Shown piece by piece: positions 53,259 through 62,591 of a DNA stretch of 64,000 nt; the first letter of the stretch is position 1; each line of letters starts with the position of its first letter. Below the pieces are notes generated by a model. It searched no databases. It saw only the letters and a program-made list of their open reading frames with translations, and had not been told where the DNA came from. The stretch is taken from assembly GCA_030747695.1 (NCBI GenBank), contig JASLKG010000007.1, positions 2,261-66,260 of the forward strand, in the 5' to 3' direction. Made by a program: the position numbers and the translations under genes. The stretch comes from Candidatus Poseidoniaceae archaeon. Lineage in GTDB: Archaea; Thermoplasmatota; Poseidoniia; Poseidoniales; Poseidoniaceae.

Positions 53259-56087
53259 CTAATCTGTTGTTTCATCGTCACTAGTTGCTTCCGTGAGTTC
53301 ATCATCCTTCTCCTCAGATTCTTCCTCCTGCATAGACTCAACTTCTAATGTTTCTTCTTGTGTTAGGTTAACAGATTCTTCCACAAATGCACTTGAGAAC
53401 TCCTCTTCATCAGGCCTAGTGTTTGAGTTTTTGAAGATCATTGCAGAGCCTAATAGAATACAAATTAATCCTAGAGAGTACAATGCAATAGTTAGGTAAT
53501 CTGCCCAGTGATCGAAATTAGTCCAATACGCCATACTATCTTGATTAGTAACGATTTGACTTTTCAGAGAATTGGCGTCACTATCTCCAATTTCAGCACT
53601 CGTTTTAATGACAAACACTTGTTGTAAATCAGAATTGCTTGGGGGTTCTTGCTGTTCCCATGTAGGCCTTGTATCTAACCAGAATGTTGATTCGGATTTA
53701 CCAGCAATAATTGCACCAGAAACAACTTCCCGCTTTACTTCAACATGACTTTCAAAATAGACTGGAAGTGCCCCTGGAGTCGCATCTAAAATATCTCCAT
53801 TGTTAATCAATTTAGCTTGTATAGGGCGGTTCAAAGGATCCATATCTGCATTGCAAACCTCAACTGGTATTCCTTTGAGAATTTCATCCTTTGAGCATGT
53901 AATTGGTACTACTCCATATCCTGAAAGATCAACTAAGTCACCATCTCCTGTAAGGAATCCTCCTGTAGTACCCGTCATGCTTTCAGCAGTAATCAATCCC
54001 CATGTGGCTAGTTCTTTTTGAGGATTCTTCCAAGAGAGGTAAGTGCTGCCATCCTTTGACAAAGTCTCACCTTTGTCGCAGTCATCAGATTCGCCCGTGC
54101 AGATTGTAACTATTGTACCATCTCCTGTTGAAATACCACCAGAACCATAGTATGTTTTATTGGATTCTAAACTTGTCCAACCCACACTCATGTCTTCAGA
54201 ATCTCCAGAGTCTAAATATGCATTAACTGGATCATGCCACCCTAATAGCCAATTGTTAACAGATTGTGTGAGATAAGGGGCTGTACCAAAATTATCGATT
54301 AGGAAATCTGGAACGAAATTCTTGAAAATAACTTCCATGATAAGTAAACGTAAAGCATCAGCAGCATTGGTATCTATACCATATAATTCGGCAATTGTTT
54401 CGTTATTCCATTCTTTGACAGTGTCGGAGCGTAGTCCTGTTTCAAAATCAACAGGAGGTGCTTTCCCTGATAACTCACCATAAAGGAAAATTGCAGAACC
54501 ATTACTTGTAGCAAGCCCATATGGCCCATACAGAATATTTGCGCTCTGCTCTTGAGTAAGTTCGATTCTATCAGCGACAGGGAAACCGTACAGGCCACTG
54601 CCCCACCATCCGTTTGCATTTAGGCTATATTCCATGTATGAGTCATCAATTGGATTAATTGAACCAAATGTTTGATTGACAAATTCTGATGCTGTAATAT
54701 ATCCTTCATGACCAGTTAGAATTAGTGGAAGTTCAGAATTATCTGTGGCCCAAGAATTTGCCCAATCAAAAATAGATTGGTATTGTAATTCACTTAGCCC
54801 ATAAGTCTCCATGGCTTCACTTTTTGACATTTCAAGAAACAAATCAAGACCAAAGGAGGTCCCGCTTTCACTTGTTGCCAGAATGCCTAGAGGTTCGTCA
54901 GTATTGTCTCCCATCATCAGAACATTCATCGCAATTTCATTGTCAATTTGTAATCCCATAAGGTTGCTAAATCGTTTTGAGGCGTTTACAACATCTTCAC
55001 TTGTGTTTGTAGTCCAGTCTTCTTGTAGAGCTCCATAATCTTGCATCAAGGCACCAATGCTTCCATAAATGGTCCAGTCTCTTGACAAGGTAACATTTAG
55101 ATCTTCATCTGTAAATCCCCATAATTCTGCACGTTGTAGAGTTACTGATGAGTCAGGGTTTTCAAGTATTTCATCTAGTGATTCTGGTTCGCCCATTGCT
55201 GCATAGACAAGTGGCCCAAGATAATTGAGAAGAGAAAGATCTTCGCCATTAGGACCTGTAGCTTCACGGAAGGTATAGTTTGCATCATAATCGTCGTCAT
55301 ACCAATCAGGATCAACCCCTCCAGATTCTAGATAGGTAGAGTTGTCATTTTCTAAGAAATTTTCACCAAAGACAGGATCTAATGCTTCGAATCCTCTTAC
55401 TAAGAAATATGCTTTCACATCTTCGCCGATAGGGAAAAAGAATCCAGCTAGTCCTGACATATTTTTCAAAAAGTCTTCAATGTATTTTGAAACTTGATGT
55501 GCCGCAGAACCCTTCTCCAGATATAATTCAAGGACTCCTGATGCGAATCCAACCTTTGTTAATTCCATAATTGCATTAATTGCAGTCCCACTCGCTCCTA
55601 TTATTTGAGGTGTAAAAGCAATATTTAGGTTTGAAATTGTTGAATCGCATGGTATAGCCGTATCTTCCGAGCAAGAATATGATGTAAATTCACGGTACGT
55701 AATCGTTCCAGCCAATTCATCGTGATTGATCATGGTTCTTTCAAGTGTCACATCATAAGTTACAGGTCCTACCATTTCATATTCTGGTTTAACCTGATCT
55801 GGTAATGGTAATCTTGATGTTTCAATTACTTCATCAATGTTCCAGATATTCCATGCATAGAAATCTCTCGAACTTGTTGAACTAAGCCAATCTTCATTCT
55901 GTTCAGTACAATCAGAATTTGCACAAACATCATCCTTTGGTTTTGTAGCAGTAGCGTCAGCGACCGCATCTGGTACAGCGCTTGTAGCCATGGGTCCTAG
56001 GGCTGCAAGATTTAGAGTAATCATCAGTAGGCCAGCAATCACCGTTACCTTGTCTAGGTTGGGCATAGTCCACTGAGTGTAGGTCAA
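53259..56087 (-). CDS. Two-pass (N- and C-terminal TM) glycoprotein-like membrane protein with CD36/LIMP-2-family-like motifs
   Basis: The N-terminal anchor is VTVIAGLLMITLNLAALG and the C-terminal anchor is LTIALYSLGLICILLGSAMIF followed by an acidic tail. Motifs FYAWNIWNIDEVI..KPEYEMVGPVTYDV..GTITYRE, AELWGFTDEDL, NNWLLGWHDPVNAYL, LKGIPVEV, GALPVYFESH and STFWLD occur in the same order as conserved CD36-family blocks, recalled from memory. The CDS call is solid, but the family assignment is tentative. The start is TTG 56087 or ATG 56066. Confidence 0.8.
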   Translation of the reverse strand: MTYTQWTMPNLDKVTVIAGLLMITLNLAALGPMATSAVPDAVADATATKPKDDVCANSDCTEQNEDWLSSTSSRDFYAWNIWNIDEVIETSRLPLPDQVKPEYEMVGPVTYDVTLERTMINHDELAGTITYREFTSYSCSEDTAIPCDSTISNLNIAFTPQIIGASGTAINAIMELTKVGFASGVLELYLEKGSAAHQVSKYIEDFLKNMSGLAGFFFPIGEDVKAYFLVRGFEALDPVFGENFLENDNSTYLESGGVDPDWYDDDYDANYTFREATGPNGEDLSLLNYLGPLVYAAMGEPESLDEILENPDSSVTLQRAELWGFTDEDLNVTLSRDWTIYGSIGALMQDYGALQEDWTTNTSEDVVNASKRFSNLMGLQIDNEIAMNVLMMGDNTDEPLGILATSESGTSFGLDLFLEMSKSEAMETYGLSELQYQSIFDWANSWATDNSELPLILTGHEGYITASEFVNQTFGSINPIDDSYMEYSLNANGWWGSGLYGFPVADRIELTQEQSANILYGPYGLATSNGSAIFLYGELSGKAPPVDFETGLRSDTVKEWNNETIAELYGIDTNAADALRLLIMEVIFKNFVPDFLIDNFGTAPYLTQSVNNWLLGWHDPVNAYLDSGDSEDMSVGWTSLESNKTYYGSGGISTGDGTIVTICTGESDDCDKGETLSKDGSTYLSWKNPQKELATWGLITAESMTGTTGGFLTGDGDLVDLSGYGVVPITCSKDEILKGIPVEVCNADMDPLNRPIQAKLINNGDILDATPGALPVYFESHVEVKREVVSGAIIAGKSESTFWLDTRPTWEQQEPPSNSDLQQVFVIKTSAEIGDSDANSLKSQIVTNQDSMAYWTNFDHWADYLTIALYSLGLICILLGSAMIFKNSNTRPDEEEFSSAFVEESVNLTQEETLEVESMQEEESEEKDDELTEATSDDETTD

Positions 56088-56127
56088 TCTTGTAAAGAGT
56101 TCTACTGTTTAAACAGAAATAACACAT

Positions 56128-57567
56128 TCATTCGGACCCAGTAATTGAACCATCGGGTTCTAAACGGTATAGTCTGACTGTGCTTGTTGCACCTTGCATT
56201 GCCTGAGGCGAACCCGAAATTGCAACAACACGTTCATTTGATTTGATAACTCCTTTTTCTGCAAGCAAGCGTATGGCATTTTGCATCGTTACAGAACCTC
56301 GATTATCTTCCTCAACAATTACAGATGATACGCCGGGAAGTAATTTCATTCTTCTTGCTGCACGCAGTCTGTTAGTTACAGCAGTCACTTCTACATCAGG
56401 ACGATAACCTGCTACTAGGCGAGGTGCATTTCCATGCTGTGTGGCAACAAGAATATGTCCTGCCTGTGAGACCCTAGCCAACTCAACACCTGCATGAGCA
56501 ACAGCTCTAGTTGATTTGAATTTGGACAATGCGCCAGGTTTACCAACTATTGAATCGAGGCCATTTTCTGTTGCTTCAGCAATCAGTGACATAGTTTCTA
56601 CCGTTTTGATTGGGTGATTTCCCATAGCCGTCTCACCTGATAGCATTACGGCAGTTCCACCATGCCTTATTGCTGTAGAAACATCACTTACTTCAGCACG
56701 GGTTGGACGAGAATTTAATGTCATTGATTCAAGCATTTGAGTTGCAACAATTGCAACCATCCCTCGCATCAATGCAGCATCGATAATCCTTTGTTGTGCT
56801 AGGGGGACTTGTTCAAGCGGAATTTCAACTCCTAAGTCACCCCTTGCAACCATTACTCCATCTGCTGCATCCAATATTGGATGGAGATTAGTTAGTGCAG
56901 ATGGGTGTTCTATTTTTGCAATCACAGGTGTGTGAACTCCATAATCGGTAATTTTTGTCTTGGCAGGAGTGAGGTCATTTGGCGTTCTAGCATATGAAAC
57001 AGCAATGTAGTCAGCATCATTTTCCAATGCATGGTTCAATGCAGCATCATCCTTAGGTCCAATTGCAGGTAAATCGATAATTGTGCCGGGGACATTGATT
57101 CCTTTCCTAGAAGTAATTGGCCCACCATCTTCCACAATACAATCGATAAACGAATCATTTTTCTTGTCGGTTTTTGTTACACTTAGGCGTATCAATCCAT
57201 CAGCTAATAGGATGGAATCCCCCTCACTTATTTCTGCAGACAAACCTCCATATTCTACGGGAATTTCTTTTCCAATGGCTTCTTTAACACCACAGACAAG
57301 ACGAACTTCATCACCTGAATTTAACAATCTAGGCCCTTCAAAATTACCTAGTCTTAGCTTTGGGCCAGGTAAGTCAGCAATAATGCAAGTAGTCCGTCCG
57401 TTTCGTTCAAGCGATCGAATCCGTTGATACAATTCAGTTTTTTCTTCTGGCTCCCCATGTGAATAATTTATTCTAAATACATCACATCCAGCATCTAACA
57501 TGGCCTCTAGAGATTCAGAGGACCATGAAGATGGGCCAATAGTTGCGATAACACGAGTTCTTCGCAT
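56128..57567 (-). CDS. pyk: Pyruvate kinase
   Basis: MRRTRVIATIGPSS, FRINYSHG, IIADLPGPKLRLG, IAKIEHPSAL, VMVARGDLGVEIP, ATQMLESM. The track start GTG 57600 adds 11 residues, so ATG 57567 is preferred. Confidence 0.92.
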   Translation of the reverse strand: MRRTRVIATIGPSSWSSESLEAMLDAGCDVFRINYSHGEPEEKTELYQRIRSLERNGRTTCIIADLPGPKLRLGNFEGPRLLNSGDEVRLVCGVKEAIGKEIPVEYGGLSAEISEGDSILLADGLIRLSVTKTDKKNDSFIDCIVEDGGPITSRKGINVPGTIIDLPAIGPKDDAALNHALENDADYIAVSYARTPNDLTPAKTKITDYGVHTPVIAKIEHPSALTNLHPILDAADGVMVARGDLGVEIPLEQVPLAQQRIIDAALMRGMVAIVATQMLESMTLNSRPTRAEVSDVSTAIRHGGTAVMLSGETAMGNHPIKTVETMSLIAEATENGLDSIVGKPGALSKFKSTRAVAHAGVELARVSQAGHILVATQHGNAPRLVAGYRPDVEVTAVTNRLRAARRMKLLPGVSSVIVEEDNRGSVTMQNAIRLLAEKGVIKSNERVVAISGSPQAMQGATSTVRLYRLEPDGSITGSE

Positions 57568-57622
57568 ATTTTCAAACGGGAGCCACCTAGACAAAAGCAC
57601 TCCCTATGTATATTCTATAATT

Positions 57623-59107
57623 TTACAGAATTGGTTGGTTTCTTAACCATTCCAAATCAGAGATGTATAGTTGTCTAATGTCATCTAACTCTAGCACCAA
57701 CATGGCGAGTCTTTCTAAGCCCATTCCCCATGCACATACTGGGTCTTCTATTCCTAATGGTTCAGTGACTTCTGGACGGAAAATACCTGCTCCCCCTAAT
57801 TCTAGCCATTTCCCTCTCCACTTCACTTCAACTTCTAGTGATGGTTCAGTGTATGGGAAATATGCTGGTCTCACTCTAACTTCGGGATAACCCATTTTTT
57901 CATAGAATGTTTTCAGAGTTGTAACAAGCATTCCTAAATTAGCACCAGGTTCCATTATTATTCCTTCAATTTGGTGAAATTCTGGTAAATGAGTTCTGTC
58001 AATACTTTCTTTCCTGAAAACTCTGTCAATAGCAAAAACCCTGCAAGGGTCTTTTGGATTACGCGCTAAATACTGTATCGTATTCACAGTAGTGTGAGTT
58101 CTCAATAGTCCCTTTTGGCTAATCTCCTCACTAAATGTGCCGCCCCATCCTGTAGAAGCCGTATCACCTCCATGCTCATGAATCGCCTTCCATTGGGATA
58201 ATAATTCAGGATCAAGATCTATACTTCGTGGATTGTCAAGGTAGAATGTATCCTGCATTTCACGAGCTGGATGATCTTGTGGGATGAATAGTGCGTCCAT
58301 GTTCCATCCAGCAGTTTGAACATAATCATCAACTAATTCTGAAAAACCCATTTCAAGAAAGACTTGACGAATCCGTTCAATCAGTGCCTGCATTGGATGA
58401 GATCGTCCTGTACGAGGTGTTGATGCTTCTAATGCCACATCATATGGTCTAAATTCAGCGTTTTTCCATTCATCTGACTGTAGTAACTCAGGAGTTATTT
58501 CAGCGATTGTTACAATTTCTGCAAGATCATCAGAGGAAATATCCATCCCAGCATCGGTAATCGACCACCTTCTTGAAATAACTTCAACAGTTTCAATAAG
58601 ATTTTTTCTTCCCTTAAAGTGTTGATAGTATTCAGAATCGAGTGAGGGAGAATTTAGGAATTCGGTTCTTTCTTCAATAGTTTTGGTAATATTTTCAGGA
58701 TCAGAATATGAAAAAGCTCCTCCCTCAATCTTCACACCGAGGCCTTTCAACAATCCGATTCCAGGACCCGATTCATGGCGCTCAAATGAGTCCGAGAGTT
58801 CCTTCATAGTTGGATTATTATTTTTTAGAATCCATGACCAGATTCTTGATTCAAGAAGCCCATCTTTGACAGCCTTCTCTCCCTCAGAACCTAGGATTAC
58901 AGAAGTGTTTGAAGTTTCTTCAATTTTGACAAAACCATTGTTAGACAAACCATGGCCAGCACCAACAGCAACTGCTTGATCATCCCAGTTACAAGCAGAT
59001 AGGACCTCTTCTAGAGTCCATTTCTTCTTTACCCCCTGCATTGCAGACAACATCCGTTTTTCTGGGTTGGTTAGGTCCGCCATGATACGTCGTAAACAGA
59101 AGAGCAC
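57623..59107 (-). CDS. pheS: Phenylalanyl-tRNA synthetase alpha subunit (archaeal/eukaryotic type)
   Basis: Class II core: QDTFYL, LLRTHTT, VFRKESIDRTHLPEFHQIEG, GAGIFRPEV, CAWGMGLERLAM. The start is GTG 59107 or ATG 59083 (MADLTNPEKRML). Confidence 0.9.
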   Translation of the reverse strand: MLFCLRRIMADLTNPEKRMLSAMQGVKKKWTLEEVLSACNWDDQAVAVGAGHGLSNNGFVKIEETSNTSVILGSEGEKAVKDGLLESRIWSWILKNNNPTMKELSDSFERHESGPGIGLLKGLGVKIEGGAFSYSDPENITKTIEERTEFLNSPSLDSEYYQHFKGRKNLIETVEVISRRWSITDAGMDISSDDLAEIVTIAEITPELLQSDEWKNAEFRPYDVALEASTPRTGRSHPMQALIERIRQVFLEMGFSELVDDYVQTAGWNMDALFIPQDHPAREMQDTFYLDNPRSIDLDPELLSQWKAIHEHGGDTASTGWGGTFSEEISQKGLLRTHTTVNTIQYLARNPKDPCRVFAIDRVFRKESIDRTHLPEFHQIEGIIMEPGANLGMLVTTLKTFYEKMGYPEVRVRPAYFPYTEPSLEVEVKWRGKWLELGGAGIFRPEVTEPLGIEDPVCAWGMGLERLAMLVLELDDIRQLYISDLEWLRNQPIL

Positions 59108-59151
59108 TTCAAGAAAGCGGCAGGGTTGCTTTCAGTACTGCATTAATTAGG

Positions 59152-59224
59152 AGCCAACGGAGGGACTCGAACCCCCGACCGTCGGATTACAAATCCGAAG
59201 CACTACCAGCTATGCTACGTTGGC
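59152..59224 (-). tRNA. tRNA-Thr (anticodon UGU)
   Basis: Hand-folded on the minus strand. Acceptor GCCAACG/CGTTGGC. D arm GCAT-AGCTGGTA-GTGC. Anticodon arm TCGGA-TTTGTAA-TCCGA. T arm GGGGG-TTCGAGT-CCCTC. Discriminator U; CCA is not fully encoded. Confidence 0.9.
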
Positions 59225-59256
59225 GTTGACCCATCCGAAACACAAAGGGGTCATGA

Positions 59257-60576
59257 ATGCGTCGGCAGGTCAATAGCGTCGAACCAAATGGCTTCTCCAT
59301 GGCTGAAGAGCATTTCTTGAACCACGCAGCAATTGCAAAACAAGGTTCAGATACAATCTTTAGTTGGTGGGCAAAATATCAGAATGCTAAGAATGCGGGA
59401 GTAGATGCAGTTAATGCTACCATTGGTGCATTATTGGAAGATGATGGGCAACTAGCAATTAACAAAGTGGTAGATAATGCGGTACGAGTTGCGCCTGAAT
59501 CAGAGATCTCTTCATACGCACCATTACCAGGGTTACCACAATTTCTTGATTTGTCTAAAACATTAGCATTAGGTGACGCACGTGGTTATCTTGAGAAAGC
59601 GGGATTCCACATCTCATCTACAGCAACACCAGGAGGTTCTGGAGCCCTTTATCTTGCTGCAAATAATTTTCTTGAAAGAGGTCAGACCACTATGCTAAGG
59701 GATAGACATTGGGAACCATACAAAGGCTTTCTTACTAACAATGGACTAGAGTGTAAAACATGGCCACTTCTCCCGGCTCATGTTAGTGATTCTCATCCTT
59801 ATTTTGCGCGCATAGAATTTGAGGAAACTCTTGCAGGTCTTTGTTCTAAACAGAGCAAGGTTATGGTTTGGCTGAATGACCCAGCACACAATCCGACAGG
59901 CCTTTCTATGACATCAAACGGGAGGTCTACTTTATTGGATTCGTTTGTAAGTTCAGCATTAATGAATGAAAGTGTGGGCCACACATTGCTTATTGATTTG
60001 GCATATTCACTTTATGCCGAAGAACCACATGGCTGGGCAGATACAATATTGGACGCCATTAAATCTGGTATGATGTGGCCCGAAAATCTTTTGATCACAT
60101 TTGCAGTTTCACTTTCAAAGTCTCATACCATTTATGGTCTTAGGACGGGGGCATTAGTCAGCTTGCATCCAGAAAAGGAAATAATAGACAGGCTAGAAAC
60201 AGTGATGAGCGTTACAGGTAGACAAACATGGTCCGCAGCCCCTAGAATTGCACAATATTGTGTCAGCAAAATTCATTCTTCTGCAGATGAAGGCTTGGCA
60301 TGGGAAGATGAAAAGAACCGGTTGAAACAATTGTTAGTGAATCGTAGAAATGCATTGAAAGTTGCTTGTGAAAATTTACAGGTCCCATTGAATCCAACCA
60401 TGGATGGTTTTTTTGCATGGATTGAAGCAGATAACCCTGTAGAAATTGCAGAATCTTGTGCTAGTGAGCACGTATATGTTGTTCCCTTAAAAGGTGGAAT
60501 TAGAATTGGCCTTTGTGCCTTGCCGCTTAATCAAGTAGCGAAAGTCGCACAGGCATTATCAAATGCTTTCAGGTGA
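59257..60576 (+). CDS. Class I (AspC/TyrB-like) aspartate/aromatic aminotransferase
   Basis: LNDPAHNPTG, VSLSKSHTIYGLRTG (PLP-Lys region) and YAPLPGLPQF. The likely true start is ATG 59299 (MAEEHFLNH). Confidence 0.85.
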   Translation: MRRQVNSVEPNGFSMAEEHFLNHAAIAKQGSDTIFSWWAKYQNAKNAGVDAVNATIGALLEDDGQLAINKVVDNAVRVAPESEISSYAPLPGLPQFLDLSKTLALGDARGYLEKAGFHISSTATPGGSGALYLAANNFLERGQTTMLRDRHWEPYKGFLTNNGLECKTWPLLPAHVSDSHPYFARIEFEETLAGLCSKQSKVMVWLNDPAHNPTGLSMTSNGRSTLLDSFVSSALMNESVGHTLLIDLAYSLYAEEPHGWADTILDAIKSGMMWPENLLITFAVSLSKSHTIYGLRTGALVSLHPEKEIIDRLETVMSVTGRQTWSAAPRIAQYCVSKIHSSADEGLAWEDEKNRLKQLLVNRRNALKVACENLQVPLNPTMDGFFAWIEADNPVEIAESCASEHVYVVPLKGGIRIGLCALPLNQVAKVAQALSNAFR

Positions 60577-60582
60577 GATTAT

Positions 60583-60960
60583 ATGAGAAATAAGAGGGAA
60601 AATTTCCTTATCTCTAGTTCTGTATTAATAGTACTTGGAGCAATGTTTTCATTTGGAGCGGATATAATGATGGGTGCAATTATGGGCCTGTCAGGAATAA
60701 TTTGTTTCATTGTAGGAATGAGTATTCCAAGTAGACTTGAAATGAGCCCAGAAGCAATTGCTTCATGGAAGCCAACAATAGAGAGGTTACCTGATGCTGG
60801 CCGATTCATGTACCGCGTAGATGTGACTTTGGATGAACCATATAGTTCTCAAATATTGTGTGGTCCATGTGGTCACCTTGAGGAAGTCAAAGGGCTAAAA
60901 CCTCTGGAGTATACATGCGTTTCATGTGGACGCGAATTGTGGATCTCAGAAGAAGAATGA
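60583..60960 (+). CDS. Small membrane protein (2 TM) with a C-terminal zinc ribbon
   Basis: FLISSSVLIVLGAMFSFGADIMMGAIMGLSGIICFIVGM, then CGPCGHLEEVKGLKPLEYTCVSCGRELW. An AGGTGA SD lies upstream. Confidence 0.5.
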   Translation: MRNKRENFLISSSVLIVLGAMFSFGADIMMGAIMGLSGIICFIVGMSIPSRLEMSPEAIASWKPTIERLPDAGRFMYRVDVTLDEPYSSQILCGPCGHLEEVKGLKPLEYTCVSCGRELWISEEE

Positions 60961-61000
60961 TTCCTGCAAACTTATTGCATCCTTTCTAGTCGCGTTAGAT

Positions 61001-61867
61001 ATGGCAGCCACTCGTTTAGACGGCAAAGCTTGTGCTGCAGACTTAGAAGAAAGACTCAAAACACGTATAAGCAAATGTCATTCACAACCACATTTAGCTG
61101 TGATTATTGTTGGTGATGACCCAGCCTCACATGTCTATGTTAACAACAAAATACGTTCATGTGAACGTCTAGGAATAAAATCAACTCATATTTCATTACC
61201 TGAAGATGTAAATCAAGAGGTCGTTGCAAAACACATTAGGGAAATGAATAGTGATGACGAATTACATGGTATACTTATTCAATCACCATTACCTCAAAAT
61301 TTGGATGAAGAATCACTGACTGAACTTATAGATCCAAAGAAAGATGTTGATGGTTTTCATCCAATTAATTTAGGCAGATTAGTACAAGGAAGAGCAGATG
61401 GTATGGTCCCCTGTACACCTTTAGGTGTAATGGAAATGCTGAGTTGGGCAGGTGTTGATTTGTCTGGGAAAAAGGCAGTAGTCATTGGACGCTCATTCAA
61501 TGTGGGAATGCCTCAGGCTTTACTATTAGCAGCAAAAGGAGCAGATGCTACAGTGACAATTGTACATTCGAGAACAAAAGATGCAAAATCAGAATGTCTG
61601 ACTGCAGATATTGTTGTTGCAGCAGTTGGCCGACCAGAAATGGTAAAATCAAATTGGATCAAACCTGGCGCTATAGTTATTGATGTAGGCATTAATCGTG
61701 TTGATGATTCTAGTAGGGAACGAGGTTGGAGATTGGCAGGTGATGTAGACCCCAAGGTGGAGGATGTTGCTTCATTACTATCGCCAGTACCTGGAGGTGT
61801 AGGCCCGATGACAGTTGCAATGTTGATGGCAAATACAGTAAGAGCAGCAGAGAGCCAACATTCTTGA
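61001..61867 (+). CDS. folD: Bifunctional 5,10-methylene-tetrahydrofolate dehydrogenase/cyclohydrolase
   Basis: MAATRLDGKACAADL..LAVIIVGDDPASHVYVNNKIRSCERLGI, DVDGFHPINLGRL, VVIGRSFNVGMP, PGGVGPMTVAML. The track ORF begins at 60926, and the conserved N-terminus begins at ATG 61001. Confidence 0.9.
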   Translation: MAATRLDGKACAADLEERLKTRISKCHSQPHLAVIIVGDDPASHVYVNNKIRSCERLGIKSTHISLPEDVNQEVVAKHIREMNSDDELHGILIQSPLPQNLDEESLTELIDPKKDVDGFHPINLGRLVQGRADGMVPCTPLGVMEMLSWAGVDLSGKKAVVIGRSFNVGMPQALLLAAKGADATVTIVHSRTKDAKSECLTADIVVAAVGRPEMVKSNWIKPGAIVIDVGINRVDDSSRERGWRLAGDVDPKVEDVASLLSPVPGGVGPMTVAMLMANTVRAAESQHS

Positions 61868-61883
61868 GTACAATGCACGTAAG

Positions 61884-62582
61884 ATGTACATGGACCCGCG
61901 CCACCCACGCATATCTTTAGCGGCGTCAATTTTGGCAATATCAATCTCAGTAATTCTTATTTTGAATTTATTTGCTGGGAAATTTCTAGGACATTCAGGG
62001 GAGAAATTTCAATTTGTTGGTTGGATTTGGGGAGACTCATGGGTTTCAAATTCCTGGAGTTTGCAGGAATGGTTTGCATTAACTATGATAGTTGCATGTA
62101 TAGGGTTGACTTATTGGGCGAGAAGAGAATTTTCAACACCTATCGTCCATGAACATGGATCCTCTAGCGATCAATATGCTGCGCTCGAGGATTTACCCAC
62201 AATGGTAAACTTAGATAATTCAAATGATATAGTTAATCCGAATACTGCAGCTGTAATCGCATCAATTGTAGGAGAAACACAATCCCAGACAAAACAAGTT
62301 GTGTCTAGCGCAATAGATGCTTTATCAACTGGTGAGATAGGCCGTAGTTCAGCCGAAGTAGTATCGCATAATGATGTAAATCATGCTAATGTTAACGTGG
62401 AATTACCCAGTGCAATGAATTTAGAAAACAGAGCAGTTCCTTTGCCAGCAATACCAGATCTCGAATTACCAGAATTGTCAATATTACCTAATATTCCTGA
62501 GATGATTGATTTAGATGACTTATTGTCTGAAGAAGCAGTAGATTTACCTCCATTAGATTTACCCGAACTCCCAGATTTTTGA
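61884..62582 (+). CDS. Hypothetical membrane protein with an acidic Leu/Pro-rich C-terminus
   Basis: Two hydrophobic helices (ISLAASILAISISVILILNLFAG and FALTMIVACIGLTYW). The tail is AIPDLELPELSILPNIPEMIDLDDLLSEEAVDLPPLDLPELPDF. Confidence 0.5.
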   Translation: MYMDPRHPRISLAASILAISISVILILNLFAGKFLGHSGEKFQFVGWIWGDSWVSNSWSLQEWFALTMIVACIGLTYWARREFSTPIVHEHGSSSDQYAALEDLPTMVNLDNSNDIVNPNTAAVIASIVGETQSQTKQVVSSAIDALSTGEIGRSSAEVVSHNDVNHANVNVELPSAMNLENRAVPLPAIPDLELPELSILPNIPEMIDLDDLLSEEAVDLPPLDLPELPDF

Positions 62583-62591
62583 GATGATAAT

